In this document: in pieces, positions 37,742 to 50,100 of the stretch
Layout: each line of letters starts with the position of its first letter
Numbering within the stretch: the stretch's first letter is position 1
Origin: Botryllus schlosseri
Taxonomy: Eukaryota
DNA: 64,000 nucleotides
Direction: 5' to 3'
Assembly (NCBI GenBank): GCA_051294905.1
Contig: CM119372.1
Span: forward strand, 5,270,001-5,334,000
Position numbers and translations under genes: made by a program
Notes under the pieces: generated by a model
The model's database searches: none
What the model was told of the DNA's origin: nothing
What the model saw: the letters and a program-made list of their open reading frames with translations, nothing else

Positions 37742-40700
37742 CGGGTGGCAGCGACGTACTCGTTGTTGGATTTATAGCAGTGATCGGTGGTGACTTGGTC
37801 GTGGTCGTTGTCGTAGTGGTGGTCTGTTATTTGTTTTTAATACTGTTTTGTTGGTCGTATTTAGGTGATAACGAAATACAAGGCGTATTTTGGTTACAAG
37901 TGGTTTATTACCATCCCACCTGCCCATCTCCAATTGCAATGTCTGCACATCCAAAGAATTACTCCTGCGGCCCGCATCCGACACACCCAGTACCATCCGG
38001 GCTTTTGCCCCATGAATTTCCTAACGAAATTATTCAGGATCGCTCGTTACTTGATTGTATATTTGCCGCTTCCATTTCGAGATAAAAACAATTAAACAAC
38101 GCATTTCATCCCTAGCTCGAGATATGCTCTGCCTGTTTTTTTTTTGTTGTTGTTGTTTGTTTGTTTGTTTGTGTGTTGTGGTCTTCATGGTGTTTGTCGG
38201 CTACTACGGTCATTAACACCAGGCCGATATTCTTCGTTTTTAGTTCGTTAGCCGCCGACTTGCAGTGCGGTCCACTTGTAGGCTTTTATATAACACCGCC
38301 TACGCCAGGGTTGGCCAACCGGTGGCCGTAGAAGGAAATTTGTGCAGCCGTGGCACGTAATTAAGTTAGTATGTGTTGTTGGCGACCGTCGACTTGAAAA
38401 TTGAATTTACGAATTGACTGCCAAATTTTCAAGAGATTTTAATTAGCCTATTTTGAAATTTTCTTCGCAGGGTTAGGGGTTCGTACCCCCCCCCCCTTTT
38501 CAAAATCATCAAATTTGCTGTCGCATCGGCGACTAACACAAATGACGAATTCGATCTACCCGTCATCGTGCGCCTCGAAATCTTGGATTGCACGATACCT
38601 TGATTGATACCTCGACATGGCGACGCTTGTAGGACAATGCAGTTTTCAGATACACATTGTCTTCCATGATCTACGCCGATAAATAACTTCCTTGTGTAAG
38701 TTGCATAAACAATTACAAATTCAAATTAAAAACAACCCCATAACTATTCGGTTGTTGAGTGGTAACGTAAGTAGCTTTCTAGAATCGCCGTAAAATATAG
38801 GTGTGTAGCGTTATGTTACGCGGAATACTTGAGAAGTCGATCAATACATAGATTTTCGGAATCAGCGCGACAATTTCATTTGAATAATATCAGTGATGAT
38901 AAATTCTAAGTAATTTACGATGAGTTGCGCTATCACAGGTGAGGCTTGGCCCATCTGCGCCGCATCTGTGCCTTAACCCTCCTTTTGCGCTTTATATCGA
39001 ACAATAAATATAAAAATTCCGTTATTTTGGAAAAAGAAATGCTTAAAATCTAATCATTCCTAAACATCGATAAAAATACCAATAATCATTGAAGGTCTCA
39101 CAATTTTCCCTCGCTCATCCCTGACGACATGTGAGGCACTGCCTCACTTGCCTCCCCTAACCCCACGTCACTGACATATCACATCCTGCAGTGGGTATGT
39201 ACTGCTGTAGTGACCATGTTTGGCTCATCCTGCGTATGTGGGCAGAAAAATATGGCGCACACTGCGAATCCCATACATCAGTGCTACCAATACGTCACGA
39301 ATTTTCAATTGTGACATAACAGTTGATTGACATGTATGGCCCTTTGAGAAATACAATTAGAAATACCGGGTCAATATGACTTTTCGGTCGAAAAAGGTTC
39401 CCGACCCCTGCACCATACCGACAATCCTGATGGGAGGACAAGAAATAACAGCATGTTACAAGGTGAATAATTACAATCGGCCCACCCGAAAATACATCAT
39501 CGTTTATAACTTGCCCTAAATTTTTGAAAACACACCCTCTACCGGTGAATGAGATCACATAAGCTGAGAAAGGATAAATGTTTGATGGTAATACGTGAAA
39601 CTACGAATATAATTTACGAAATTCATCTGTGAATCTGAAGCTCAGCGAAAAATGGATATGTACAGTTTAAAATGGGTATTTGGCGTTCATTTTGTTCATT
39701 ACGAACTATGCCACATGACTAATCGAAATGAGGCCGTGAATAGATTGGCCACCCCTGGCCTATTGTTGTTGTTGTTGTTAGTACTTGAATATGATGATCG
39801 GCTACTATGGCATTTTACACCAGGTCTGAAGAATCTGAAAGTTCGTTACGGTTACAATTCTCTGCCGATGACCTACCCGTATGATATCGCCATTGGAACA
39901 CGCACTGGGCGCAACCGAAGTCGTCTGAAAGCTTTACTTGGATTTTGTAGGTGCCAGCCTGCCATGCGTTTGTGGATAGGAAATACTTGGTGTCTCCGTT
40001 TTTCAGTTTCAGAAGGTTTCTGCAAAGTTGTTCAACAATAGCTTCGCACATCGATTCGACATCAAATTGTGATAAGGACAAGAAAGGTCAATACACGCTA
40101 TATTTTATAGAGCCTATCCGAGTCCATCAACTCTTGTCTGCAATATATAGGCCACATCACAACCACTTGGGCGGTTTATATGGCGTTTAGCAGAATCAGG
40201 AGGCCTTAAGCCATGCGTACAGTGACTTGGATTATTTGCTAGCCAAAATTATACTGATGGAGGAGCAGGACAAAGCATATTAACCACACAAGTACATAGA
40301 TGCGCATGCGCATTGCGCATACACGGCACGCACGGCACGGCATACACGGCACGCACACACCCGTCAAGGCATTCCCTGGTGGCACGTCCGTTGGGGTATG
40401 CCAGCGGGTACAGCCTGAACTCAAAGTAACCCTTGTGGTGGGCGGTGATTTCGACGGATACGGTGATCATCTCACCTGCAAAAGGTACACGATTTGTTCA
40501 TCAATTCGCTCGCGAGTTATTGGGTTAAATTTGCGACATTATCTTCGTCGTATTTCCCGACAATGATTCCCTTGGCGTACTTACCGCCCGCTTCGTTGTC
40601 TCTCGGTCGGTCGTAAGGGTCGCCACAAACACCGCATTTCACACCGACTTCAGGTTGATGCTGAGCGTTAAAAAAAGACTGAATGAATTTGGATGCCAAT

Positions 40701-41375
40701 ATCGGATAATCAATTGAGGCTCTTATCGTAGTATAAAATATTTATGCATAAAAACGCGAAAGGGCAAAAGCGACGGTTTTGGTTCTCAGCCTTTTTCTCG
40801 TCTCGTACCATTTCGAGGTTTCATGATTTGGTTGCATACCAACAAATTAACGAAAAACTACTTTATACTCGAAATGTATCTAGGATTATTAACATGGGTG
40901 GATTAGCGGAGAAGTCGTCCGAAGCACGAGCTAATCAGCCCCTATTATTAATAACACACACTAACAAGGCAAAATTAATGCTATTTTTTCTTTTCTTTTT
41001 CTCCACAAGCTGATCTAGGCGAGGTGCAACTAAATTGAAAGACGCATGAAGTATTTATATATGCATTCGATGAAGACAGCTCTTGCATTAGAAAAAAATA
41101 CGTTGAAGATTTGTGAAAACAGTACTTTTGCTTCAAACGAAATGCATTTACTAGATACCATCTGCAAATGGCTTTCCGTATTACTAGTGGGCGTCTTACC
41201 TGTCCCCCGCAGAACAATTGGTTGTCTCCGTAGTTTTTCACTATTTTGGACTCATGCTGTTTGATCAGAGGGTTCGTGTTTACGAATCTCCACAAAGATG
41301 ATCGACTGGGGGGATCAATCAATCTACCGTGACCCTCGACGGTGTTGGACGCGTGTAGCAACACGACAGCCAAGC
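37742..41375 (-). pseudogene. AA15-type LPMO, paralog 3: pseudogene or null allele
   Basis: Exons: 41375-41200, 40660-40543, 40475-40361, 40019-39877, 38020-37920, 37823-37742; the first four sizes are 176/118/115/143 nt, matching the paralogs. Lesions: donor GT>AT at 40542 (intron retention hits TAA); TAA in place of GAA at 37959-37961 (PQE*FFGCADI); conserved RLCP reads RLYP. No ATG exon or CBM14 exon found. Confidence 0.88.
38306..39757. mobile_element. Aged hAT element with nested fragments in an intron of LPMO paralog 3
   Basis: Termini CAGGGTTGGCCAA / TTGGCCACCCCTG. Flanks GCCTACGC/GCCTATTG match 5/8. An internal right end GGTTCCCGACCCCTG lies near 39410. Confidence 0.6.
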
Positions 41376-44300
41376 CTACAAACAATATATGAAGCGTGCT
41401 GCTTAAAGAATTATGTCGCGTGCGGCATAGGTGCAAGTATCAGTGCCTGTCTTGTTAGGCTATATTATTCGGAGTAGATGATGCAGTATTGGATTTAAAA
41501 TCCCGGTGAGAGCTTGCTCCACTTTAAGGTCAACCCATAATGCGTCAGAAATACCTCTTGTCTCAACAAAAGTTCAAGATCGTTGGAGCTTACGTTGATA
41601 GTTAGTTAGAATCGGCTTTCCGAAATGTCCTCCATTTTCAGGAAATCGAACATGTCGTCCGATGACGCCTAAATCTCCCCTTTTTAGAAATTCGTCCTCA
41701 TTTACAGCCTTGGCAGCTATAGGCTAATGGATATGGTCAACTGAAAATCGTCATAAATCACGCGAAATACGTAATGGGGACGTCCGAGTGGATCATTCGT
41801 GATTTTTTTGATCGACACCAAAGAAGTATCGTGGGTAATTCGGGGGTCGAGTGAGAGTGGATACCTATTTTTTAATAAACCCAAAAAGATTTCCAGTAAA
41901 TATTTCAAAATCATCTTTCGTTAGTAGGCTACATATTGCATACGACCTACTCCGATTGATACAATGATCTAATCTAATCGGCTAATACATCTCGTATTGA
42001 TTCATAACGATTTCCTCAATTGCTCTTGTTTATGTTTACTGGGCTTGGCTTCAACGCTACGTACTTGATGTGTATATCAATCATTCGAACCATCATTCCG
42101 ATTAGTACCGATGTAATTAGCAAACATGGACGAAATTCCTACGACACAATAAATGTGAAGCTACATTAACTTGAAATTCGTCAAATCCTGATAAGTAGGC
42201 CTATAACGATACAACGCTAAAATCTATCGCCATTCTAACTCGCATTGAAAATATGAACGGACTAAATTATGTCTACATACGTACCGACCAGCGCACGATA
42301 TCTCTGGGCAGACATTGTCAAGAATGGTGCAATTAGATACATTCAGATTTATGTAATGCCCTGTCAAACACATTCAGTGTTGTAATTTCTTCATGGTCTA
42401 TCACAACTTTGCACAGCTTATAACATTATATAAACTATTCTCCACGTTATACCTCGCCCTCCTGTCAAGCAAACCAAAAGCCCCACGTCATCCCGTAAGG
42501 TGTTGTTTCAGAGATATGATCAATAAATATCCTACAATTTTGCTACTTATATGTCTTTTACTGATCCTTATCACACCCATACATACAATATATAGGTCTA
42601 TGATGATATTTAACTTCTTTCAGTGCTGTGAAATTTTGTAACTGGTCAAGCGCAATAACCCCCAAGGTTGTCCGAAATTATATGCTGGAAATGAAACCTT
42701 TCAGCGTGAACCAGTTATTTACAAGCGAAATAGCGATTCATTCCATTCCGGGCGCTCTCATTTGTGAGAAAATTTCGCCGGAGCTATTGCTATTTTTGAG
42801 GCCGTGATCGCGATTGAAGATTTTACATCCATGGTGTAAGCATACACAGCTTGTTGGCACGCAGTTGCCATCCGCATATCGTAATGTATGGGAAATGGAT
42901 ACACACACGGACATCACCTATACGTCCTTCTACCGTTTGAATGATTTATCGCATGCCACCCAGGCCACTCTGTAGAATGAATATACCATGCACCGAAAAG
43001 GAGTAACACTGCAATAACGATTGGGTACAGTAATATATTCACGCTCCCCTTATATCATATCACGGTCCGCGGCTGCGTTAGGGTTTTGTTGTAAGTATAT
43101 ATATGCTTTGAAATCATGCCATTCCACTTGAATATTTTTTCACACTTTTCGAGATTATTCGCGGTCTATATTCATGCATGGTACACCTGCAGTGCTTGGG
43201 AACTGTATCGTTTCTATAGTGAAACTTTGGCCGTGATTTGTTTGCATATACTCATCTTGCGGTGCTGACACAACGTCTCACGGGACACAGAGCAATATCT
43301 GATGTTTTCACTCGATGTTTTTCGAACGGGTCATTGGCTTCGCGACAAATCTAATCCAGAATATGATGCACCTGCGACTTTATTTGATCAACTATTTGCA
43401 TATTTATGTTACGACAGGGAAGGAAATATCACAATGTAACAGCGGTACCGAAATGGCTTAAAAATTCAACTACATGGCATAGTTGAACGCCCCGCAAAAT
43501 GTGATTGTAGTCGTAGACCGATGACACTATACTTATAGGACAAGTACAGGCCATCGTAGTTAATGCGAATGTAGTAAATTATGAAATCTAATTCTTAGTG
43601 GTCGCCATAAACACTAGGTATACGCGTTAACTTATATCATCGTCGTCGGACAATAGCCCAAACTTTAACCACGCAGATGAGTGCTGCTCACCCTTTTTGT
43701 CTTCGCGGACCCCTTTTGGACCGTCACAGACCCCGCGGACCACTTCAACTTATAGTCTAAATGTGGCTCAATGTGTCATGCACAAATATGACATGCAGGC
43801 TTGTGATAAACTGCAGCAGAATGACTTTTCTTAACATCATACTATATGTAGATATTGGATGGAATTTTATTATTTCAAAGCAAATTTTGCAGCCGTATTT
43901 CGTGAAATACGTTGTCGTGTCTTGAAAGTCCAGCCTAGTCATTTCTATCTAACATCTCATCTTGAAGTATTCTGGAGTAGTTGTGTGTATCAAAGGAGAA
44001 AATGGATTACGTGACGAGGTTAACCCTTCATTGAGGCAGATTAGGAAAACAAATTCAGGAATTTATATTTCAATAAACGACTGTTTATTAACTTTCTGAG
44101 ACTTCAAATTCAAAGTGTTATACAAACATTTCGAGCTCACCCTGATTGACCTTACTATCTCAAACTTTTATATTTTTCCACAAACCTCAACAAAACAATC
44201 TAAACAGCAATATCTTTGTATTAGTGGGCTATTGGTAATTTGACAACATGAGTTTGCACAGTAGGATACTTCATCTCACACGACCATTCTGATGATGTAA

Positions 44301-46208
44301 GTCCTGAAGTTTTGGCAGTTATGAATCGACACTGCCTCATGCTTTTCCTAATTTAAAACATTCCGAATTAGGTCATCAATCATTTTGCAAATTTAGAGGT
44401 TTCGCGGCCCCCTGATTGAGATCGACTGAACTAGATATTATCAAACATCGACGATGGGTAGGAAAGGACTTCCACAATCCTTTCATCAGAACTAAATCAA
44501 GAGCAAAATTTTGACGCGAACTAGTGGGGTATACGTCCAAGCACAATACATGAAATAAGTCAATGAATTAAATCGTGTCTTGTAACATGTAATACGTGCA
44601 CGGACAATTCATAGGTTTTGTGCGCTCATACCACTCCAGGATGACTGTGGACTCTGTCAGAGAAACATCAGGTAATTGACCAAGCAATGCCTTACATCTA
44701 TAAAGACTTAACACATACCGCGGTCTACGATGATTTATCCAAGCCCCCGCATATACCTTAATAAAGATATACGTAAAATGCAGTCATGGAAGAAAAGATA
44801 CGGAATACCTTGTTTTGTAAAGGAAGAATCCTACTTGAAATTTTATATTTTGCCAGCTGGTGGTACCAATTGCCACTGTTAACGAATAGTTTGTCGCGTA
44901 ATGCCCAGCTGAGCAATGATCCGAATCAAAGCAAATTCGACTGTCCAGTTTCTAAGAAATAAGCAGTCAAGTTATCTTCGTTTGGAAACTGGATCCCGCT
45001 TGTAATGTAGGCCTCAGGTCGATATCGTGTACCTAATTGCGTGATTGAATTCTGACACTACTTTATGTGGATGGTGATAACGTTCGGTTAACATTGGGGT
45101 TTATGTATGCGAAACTCAATACTCGGGTTCACAAGGATAGCCTGGACGGTTCTACACGGTGAACAAAATTGTGAAATATCAGAACATTACGTTAATATTA
45201 ACACCCTTAAACTTTGGCTACTTATCACTCACGGCGTCAGGGTAACAGCATGGTAGATTGTGACTGATACCGGACCTTTCACCAATCAGAAGATGTCTCT
45301 GAATTCTGGTAAATGCGTGTGTTGTATTGGTGTTAGCTGATGCTTTTGTGGTCTGTCTCGCAAGCATCTTAACAGAGTGCGTAGCAACACACAAAGGTAT
45401 GGAGAAATAAGATATTTCAATCTTAGGTCATGTCATACGCCATGTATAATAAACCTTTTGAATCTAAGAAGGTTGTACATCGAAGTGGCTTGCAACATCG
45501 AAGTATGCACTACGAGTAGCCTATAGGGCCAACTCAATTAAGACACATTTGGCAGCATGCCACTCTTACGAAGCGCGTTCTGTGGTAGCCCAAAAACAAT
45601 CAAACGAATTATTCAGTTGCCGATCACCTGCTACCGGATGAAAAAAATTGTTTTTTTCCATGAACAAGTGCCAAGTTTGAACGGTCCGTACAATTCGCTT
45701 TTTATGTAGCTTATGGTCAGGTACATTTGAGTCAGGTCCAAGTCAGACAATAGAAGAGAATAAAGACCACAATCGCTTAAATGTTCATATGCTATACCTG
45801 GTACCGTTGCACATGGCTATTTTTCGCACTTCACGCGATTTACCCCAGCTCATGATTGTTGCTTCGTATATAGTCAGAATGTCATATGCGAGAGGTAGCC
45901 TATATATCTCAACAGTCATAACCTTCCATGCCATCGCACTATGCGTTGGAATTGCAAACATGCATGGTTACTATATGTTTAAGATTTTTGATAAGACAAT
46001 GATTGTTCACTTTCATCATGGGGCGTATCTGAAAAAAAGTTTGAGAACCACTGTATTAAAATGTTACCATGGAGTTACGATAAGATATTATGTCAAATAC
46101 TTTTCGTCTCAGTCACATCGTCATGAGCGAAATCTTGTAAAATCCAAATGCGATTAATTGCTTTGAGTAATTGATTGCTATGGCATACTTCGAAAATATT
46201 GTATATAG

Positions 46209-47176
46209 TAAGGATGGTGTGAACGTGAGGTTCACGTTGGCGTTCTGTGTGTGAACCTCAGAAATTTCGAGGTTCACGTTCACAAACGAACCTTGGTAGG
46301 TTCTGCACTGTGAACCTTTTCATATATTACAATTTTCACGCCATTGTAACATCTTTTGTCGAAAGTTATTGCATTTCAACAGCGGACCGCTATATCTGCA
46401 TGGCGCTGGCAGCATAAAAAAAATCAACACTAAACGAGCATGCACATTGACAATCTCAAATATTTTACTTGCTTTGTTACAAAAGTTTGCTCGAATATTT
46501 ATTGATTCTCTGCTGTGAGCTTGACCCGTAATCACACAACATCAGAAGCGAAATACACTACATGTAAGTAGCCAGCGGATGATGCTTATTCAACCAACCA
46601 ATGAAATTGACATCGTTGTCTGATGTAAAAAATCTAGCAGGCGTACGGGGCCAATCTTGATTTCATATTATGGCTACGATTGGGGTGTTGGCTACTGTTG
46701 TCTAGCTTTTTAATGGAGTAATATCGGTAGCAAGTATAGAAAACCGTTTTACACAGAGCTCAATATCAATGTAGCAAGGCTCCGACGCCGAATATATTGT
46801 CCGGTCTGGCCTACATCGTCAACGCGTAAGCTTATATTCCCTTGCAAGTCCTCGCCGAAATTTTTGGCAAAGCGACGGAAGATATTGCTTTTATGGGATT
46901 ATTATATCATGTGATTGCCCCAGTTGATATATTTGGCGACGCTTAAAACGTCAATATGTTCTTCAGCATCATGGCATTATGTGGCCGGAGTCGTCGCTAG
47001 GTATCGGGTACATTAATGTAGTAGTAGAGGTTATCACTTCACGGAAATGTAGGGTTGGAATTGGCAATATGACGTCACATGACGTCACGACGTTCACGTT
47101 CGCGTTCACACAAAACCTTTCAAAAAGGTTCGCGTTCACACGAACCTGAACCTTTGAGAGGTTCACACCATCCCTA
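46209..47176. mobile_element. Second copy of the TAGGGATGGTGTGAAC MITE family
   Basis: Ends TAAGGATGGTGTGAAC / GTTCACACCATCCCTA. Colinear with 30585-31438. TSD not preserved. Confidence 0.85.
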
Positions 47177-50100
47177 GATAGTCAGGACAGTGAAAAGTGT
47201 CTTTAAATAATTATCAAAGCAGACATGTCAAGTCAGACCGTTAAAATACAGCTGAATGTTTAAAAGAGTTGCCGAGTAGCCTATCTCAAACACACCCTTC
47301 ATTTCGCGTTGTTTCGACGATTCGTTGCTCCATTGTAACATCAACTCAATACTGAGTCATCGAATCTTGGACATCGGTAAAGAGGCCCGGAAATATCAAT
47401 GCAGATGCTAATGTCCGTGTTCTGCTTTGTGTTCACTGTTCAAGTGTTCATGCATACACAGCGCAGGTCAGTTCTATAGCCATTACCTGCGAACGAAGTG
47501 CCGAACTGGCAGTGGGCGCCGGCTCCTCGAGTGATATTAGCATAAAAGATATCTCTAGTCCCTAGGTGTTGTTTCTCGTGAAAGTCTATATAATTTTCGT
47601 CGCTACTGCTGCCCCCTTTTACCGCCGTAATGTTACAATAGTGACTTCTTTATAAGAATGACACAGTTCTCACGATTAACAACATCAAGATATATCATGC
47701 TTAAAATAAGCATAACGCCACGGCACCCGCGGATGACAGGCAGAATAGTGTAAGCGCAGAATAGATACGTAACGAATGGACAGCTGATTGAGAATGGTCA
47801 CTCAGGTCTCACATAATATATGGTAATGTGACGTTGCCGAAGGACACTTCAAGTGAGTAATCGTGCCTTCCATTTGCTGAAAGGGACTGTCGTTCAGCGG
47901 GTCATAATTCATCCGCTATGGAAACGAATCAATTTTGTAAATTATTTAACATTAAGCCACAAGATACATTTTATCGCACTTTCAATCCACCGAACTCTAT
48001 TTTTATTTTATGTAGGAGTTAGCAGAACCTAAGCTGTCACGGCGCGCGAGTAATGTTAGGGAGGATTAAGTCCGTTGCATTATTACTCATTAAAAACGGC
48101 CCTAGTGAGGCAATGCATACGGAATGCATATCTATATTGTGCGGCTCTTCACAAAGTATAAAGTTCGTCGAATTGGGTGTAACTTCACAGGTGATAGTCG
48201 TATAAAAGTTGCGTTTTGTTTCCACTCAAGTCGTAAACATAAGCCGCCTCAATTTTCGTGTGGCGGAGATGGCATTGGAATAATGTATTGCCACAAAAGT
48301 TCGTCTGGGGCTTCGCTTGCAGGAATTTAGAAAGTCGGATGTAGGAATTTCAGAGGAATTTTAAGAATGTGGAATCGTACATAATCCTCATCAGATCCGC
48401 TTTCAATTCCAATTATTGATTGTGTTTGTGGTCTTATCAGGGAGGTATAGTCCCGATATATTATGAACAAGGATAGACTCTAATATTCCGAATTAAACCG
48501 CGCTATGGCGATACAAAATAAAGTAATGAATGAATGTGATATTAAATCCCAGTGCAGGTAATTTCCTGATTTTAATGAAGTGTGTTGTAATTCTATCCTT
48601 AAATTCCTTCCTAAATCGAGACCTGCTTCAACCCAGCTTTCCAGATCTCTCAAAATCTATGAGTAGCGCCGAATAGAGTCTTGCTGTCGAGTCAATTATT
48701 AGGTCAAGCTTGGATGTGAATCACCCGTGCGACATATCGCTGGAAATGCGAGTATCGTTTACACCAATATTTGCAAAATCACGGGCTAGCTTCGTGTCCC
48801 AGGGTCGCTTGAACCCTGAAGCATACGTGTTTGGGGTGGTAATTGGTAATTACGGGAAATCGCATGCCCACATCTAGACGTTAGAGTGCGCATGGTATGG
48901 AAATGTCGCATGAGTAATTATAATTTAGGGAATGACAGTCCATATCCTCTAATAAATTCTTAATCCCGTACATATCATTCGGGGATTATATCGCAGCTCT
49001 CAGTTTCTCTTGGCGAAAACCGTAATCGTGTAATCCAAAGTCCGATCCGGGTGCTTGTCGTGCCTTGATTCTTGGTTTGAATTCTACACGATTACGATTT
49101 TCGAATGTCTACAATGTAGCCTACATTCTGCATTCTACATTAACCGTTTTAATGCTGGTTTCCCTGGATTGCGTGAATACTATCTAATTGCCCTGGAATA
49201 CCAAGGCCAGGGAATTTATTAACCCTATATGGAACACTCATATAGCATTGATGCATATTGATACTTTACAAAATTCCACAAGATGGCTTAATTCCTCAGA
49301 GGATAACAATTGCATGTTCCACTAGGTGCTGATTCTGATTTTGGTATAGTTTACAAGGTGGTCAGAGGTCATTCAATAGGAATATTCATACCGAACACGG
49401 TCTGCACACCCGACATCTTCAATTTCCACGGGGTACATTCAGTATTTTCTAAAGTGCATAAGAACATTAGAAAATATTGATACCTGGCAATTTGCGATGC
49501 ATTACAAAACTTTTATGGTTCTCATATGCCGCTACACAAAAGACTTCTCGTAAAATTAATTACTCGATGTTTAGCGTCTTTTGAGGTTTTACCATCCGAT
49601 GTTATGGTCCATTATCTGATGTTATTGTTCTTTGTGGTGTGGAAATCCAGTTGCGTGTGTTGTAAAAGGTCATGCCATCATATCAACAGGAAGATGTTAA
49701 TAATTACATCAGCTACCTTAGATGTTCAATCACCAAGCCAATCGTTCGAGTCTCTTTATTACCCGCATTTGTTTTACATTTTGTCAGCAACCGTTCCATT
49801 GCGACGACGTTCATTATGTTCAGACTTCAGATAGACGTGGACTGGAGCTGCAATTACATAATATATGGGTCGAAATTCTGCTTTGAACTATGTTTCATAC
49901 AAAAGTCAAATGCACTTTACACAAGTCCCTGAGCCAGTGCCCCTAGTTTTATAATATCTAACCGAGCTGTGCATGTATGGTGCTGGAGCATATGTAGCAA
50001 CGCTATTCAACTATATATATTTTCTCTCGTGGTTTCGGGAGAAAAGTCGATTATGGACGACATCAATGCTTTTTATTGGGATCAGACTTTAACATAGACA

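Noticed and set aside
37953-37958. Axial Tyr-to-Phe switch in LPMO paralog 3 (FF versus FY)
   Set aside because: By analogy with the Glu-x-aromatic motif of AA10/AA15, the axial residue is the first aromatic, which is Phe in all three paralogs. The change affects the next position.
40476-40542. Functional minor-class (U12) intron explaining the AT donor
   Set aside because: It reads ATAATGTC...AG, lacking the ATATCCTT donor and AC end. The paralog 2 intron starts GTAATATC, so a point mutation is the simpler explanation.
16038-41375. Recent bacterial (AA10) horizontal transfer or contamination
   Set aside because: Conserved multi-intron structure, AA15-type cysteine motifs, animal-type CBM14 and metazoan neighbouring genes.
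48130-48645. Stop-poor minus-strand frame (about 170 codons, 3 stops) as a decayed gene or endogenous viral element
   Set aside because: No recognisable motif, the frame does not extend upstream, and roughly one such window is plausible by chance across six frames of 64 kb.
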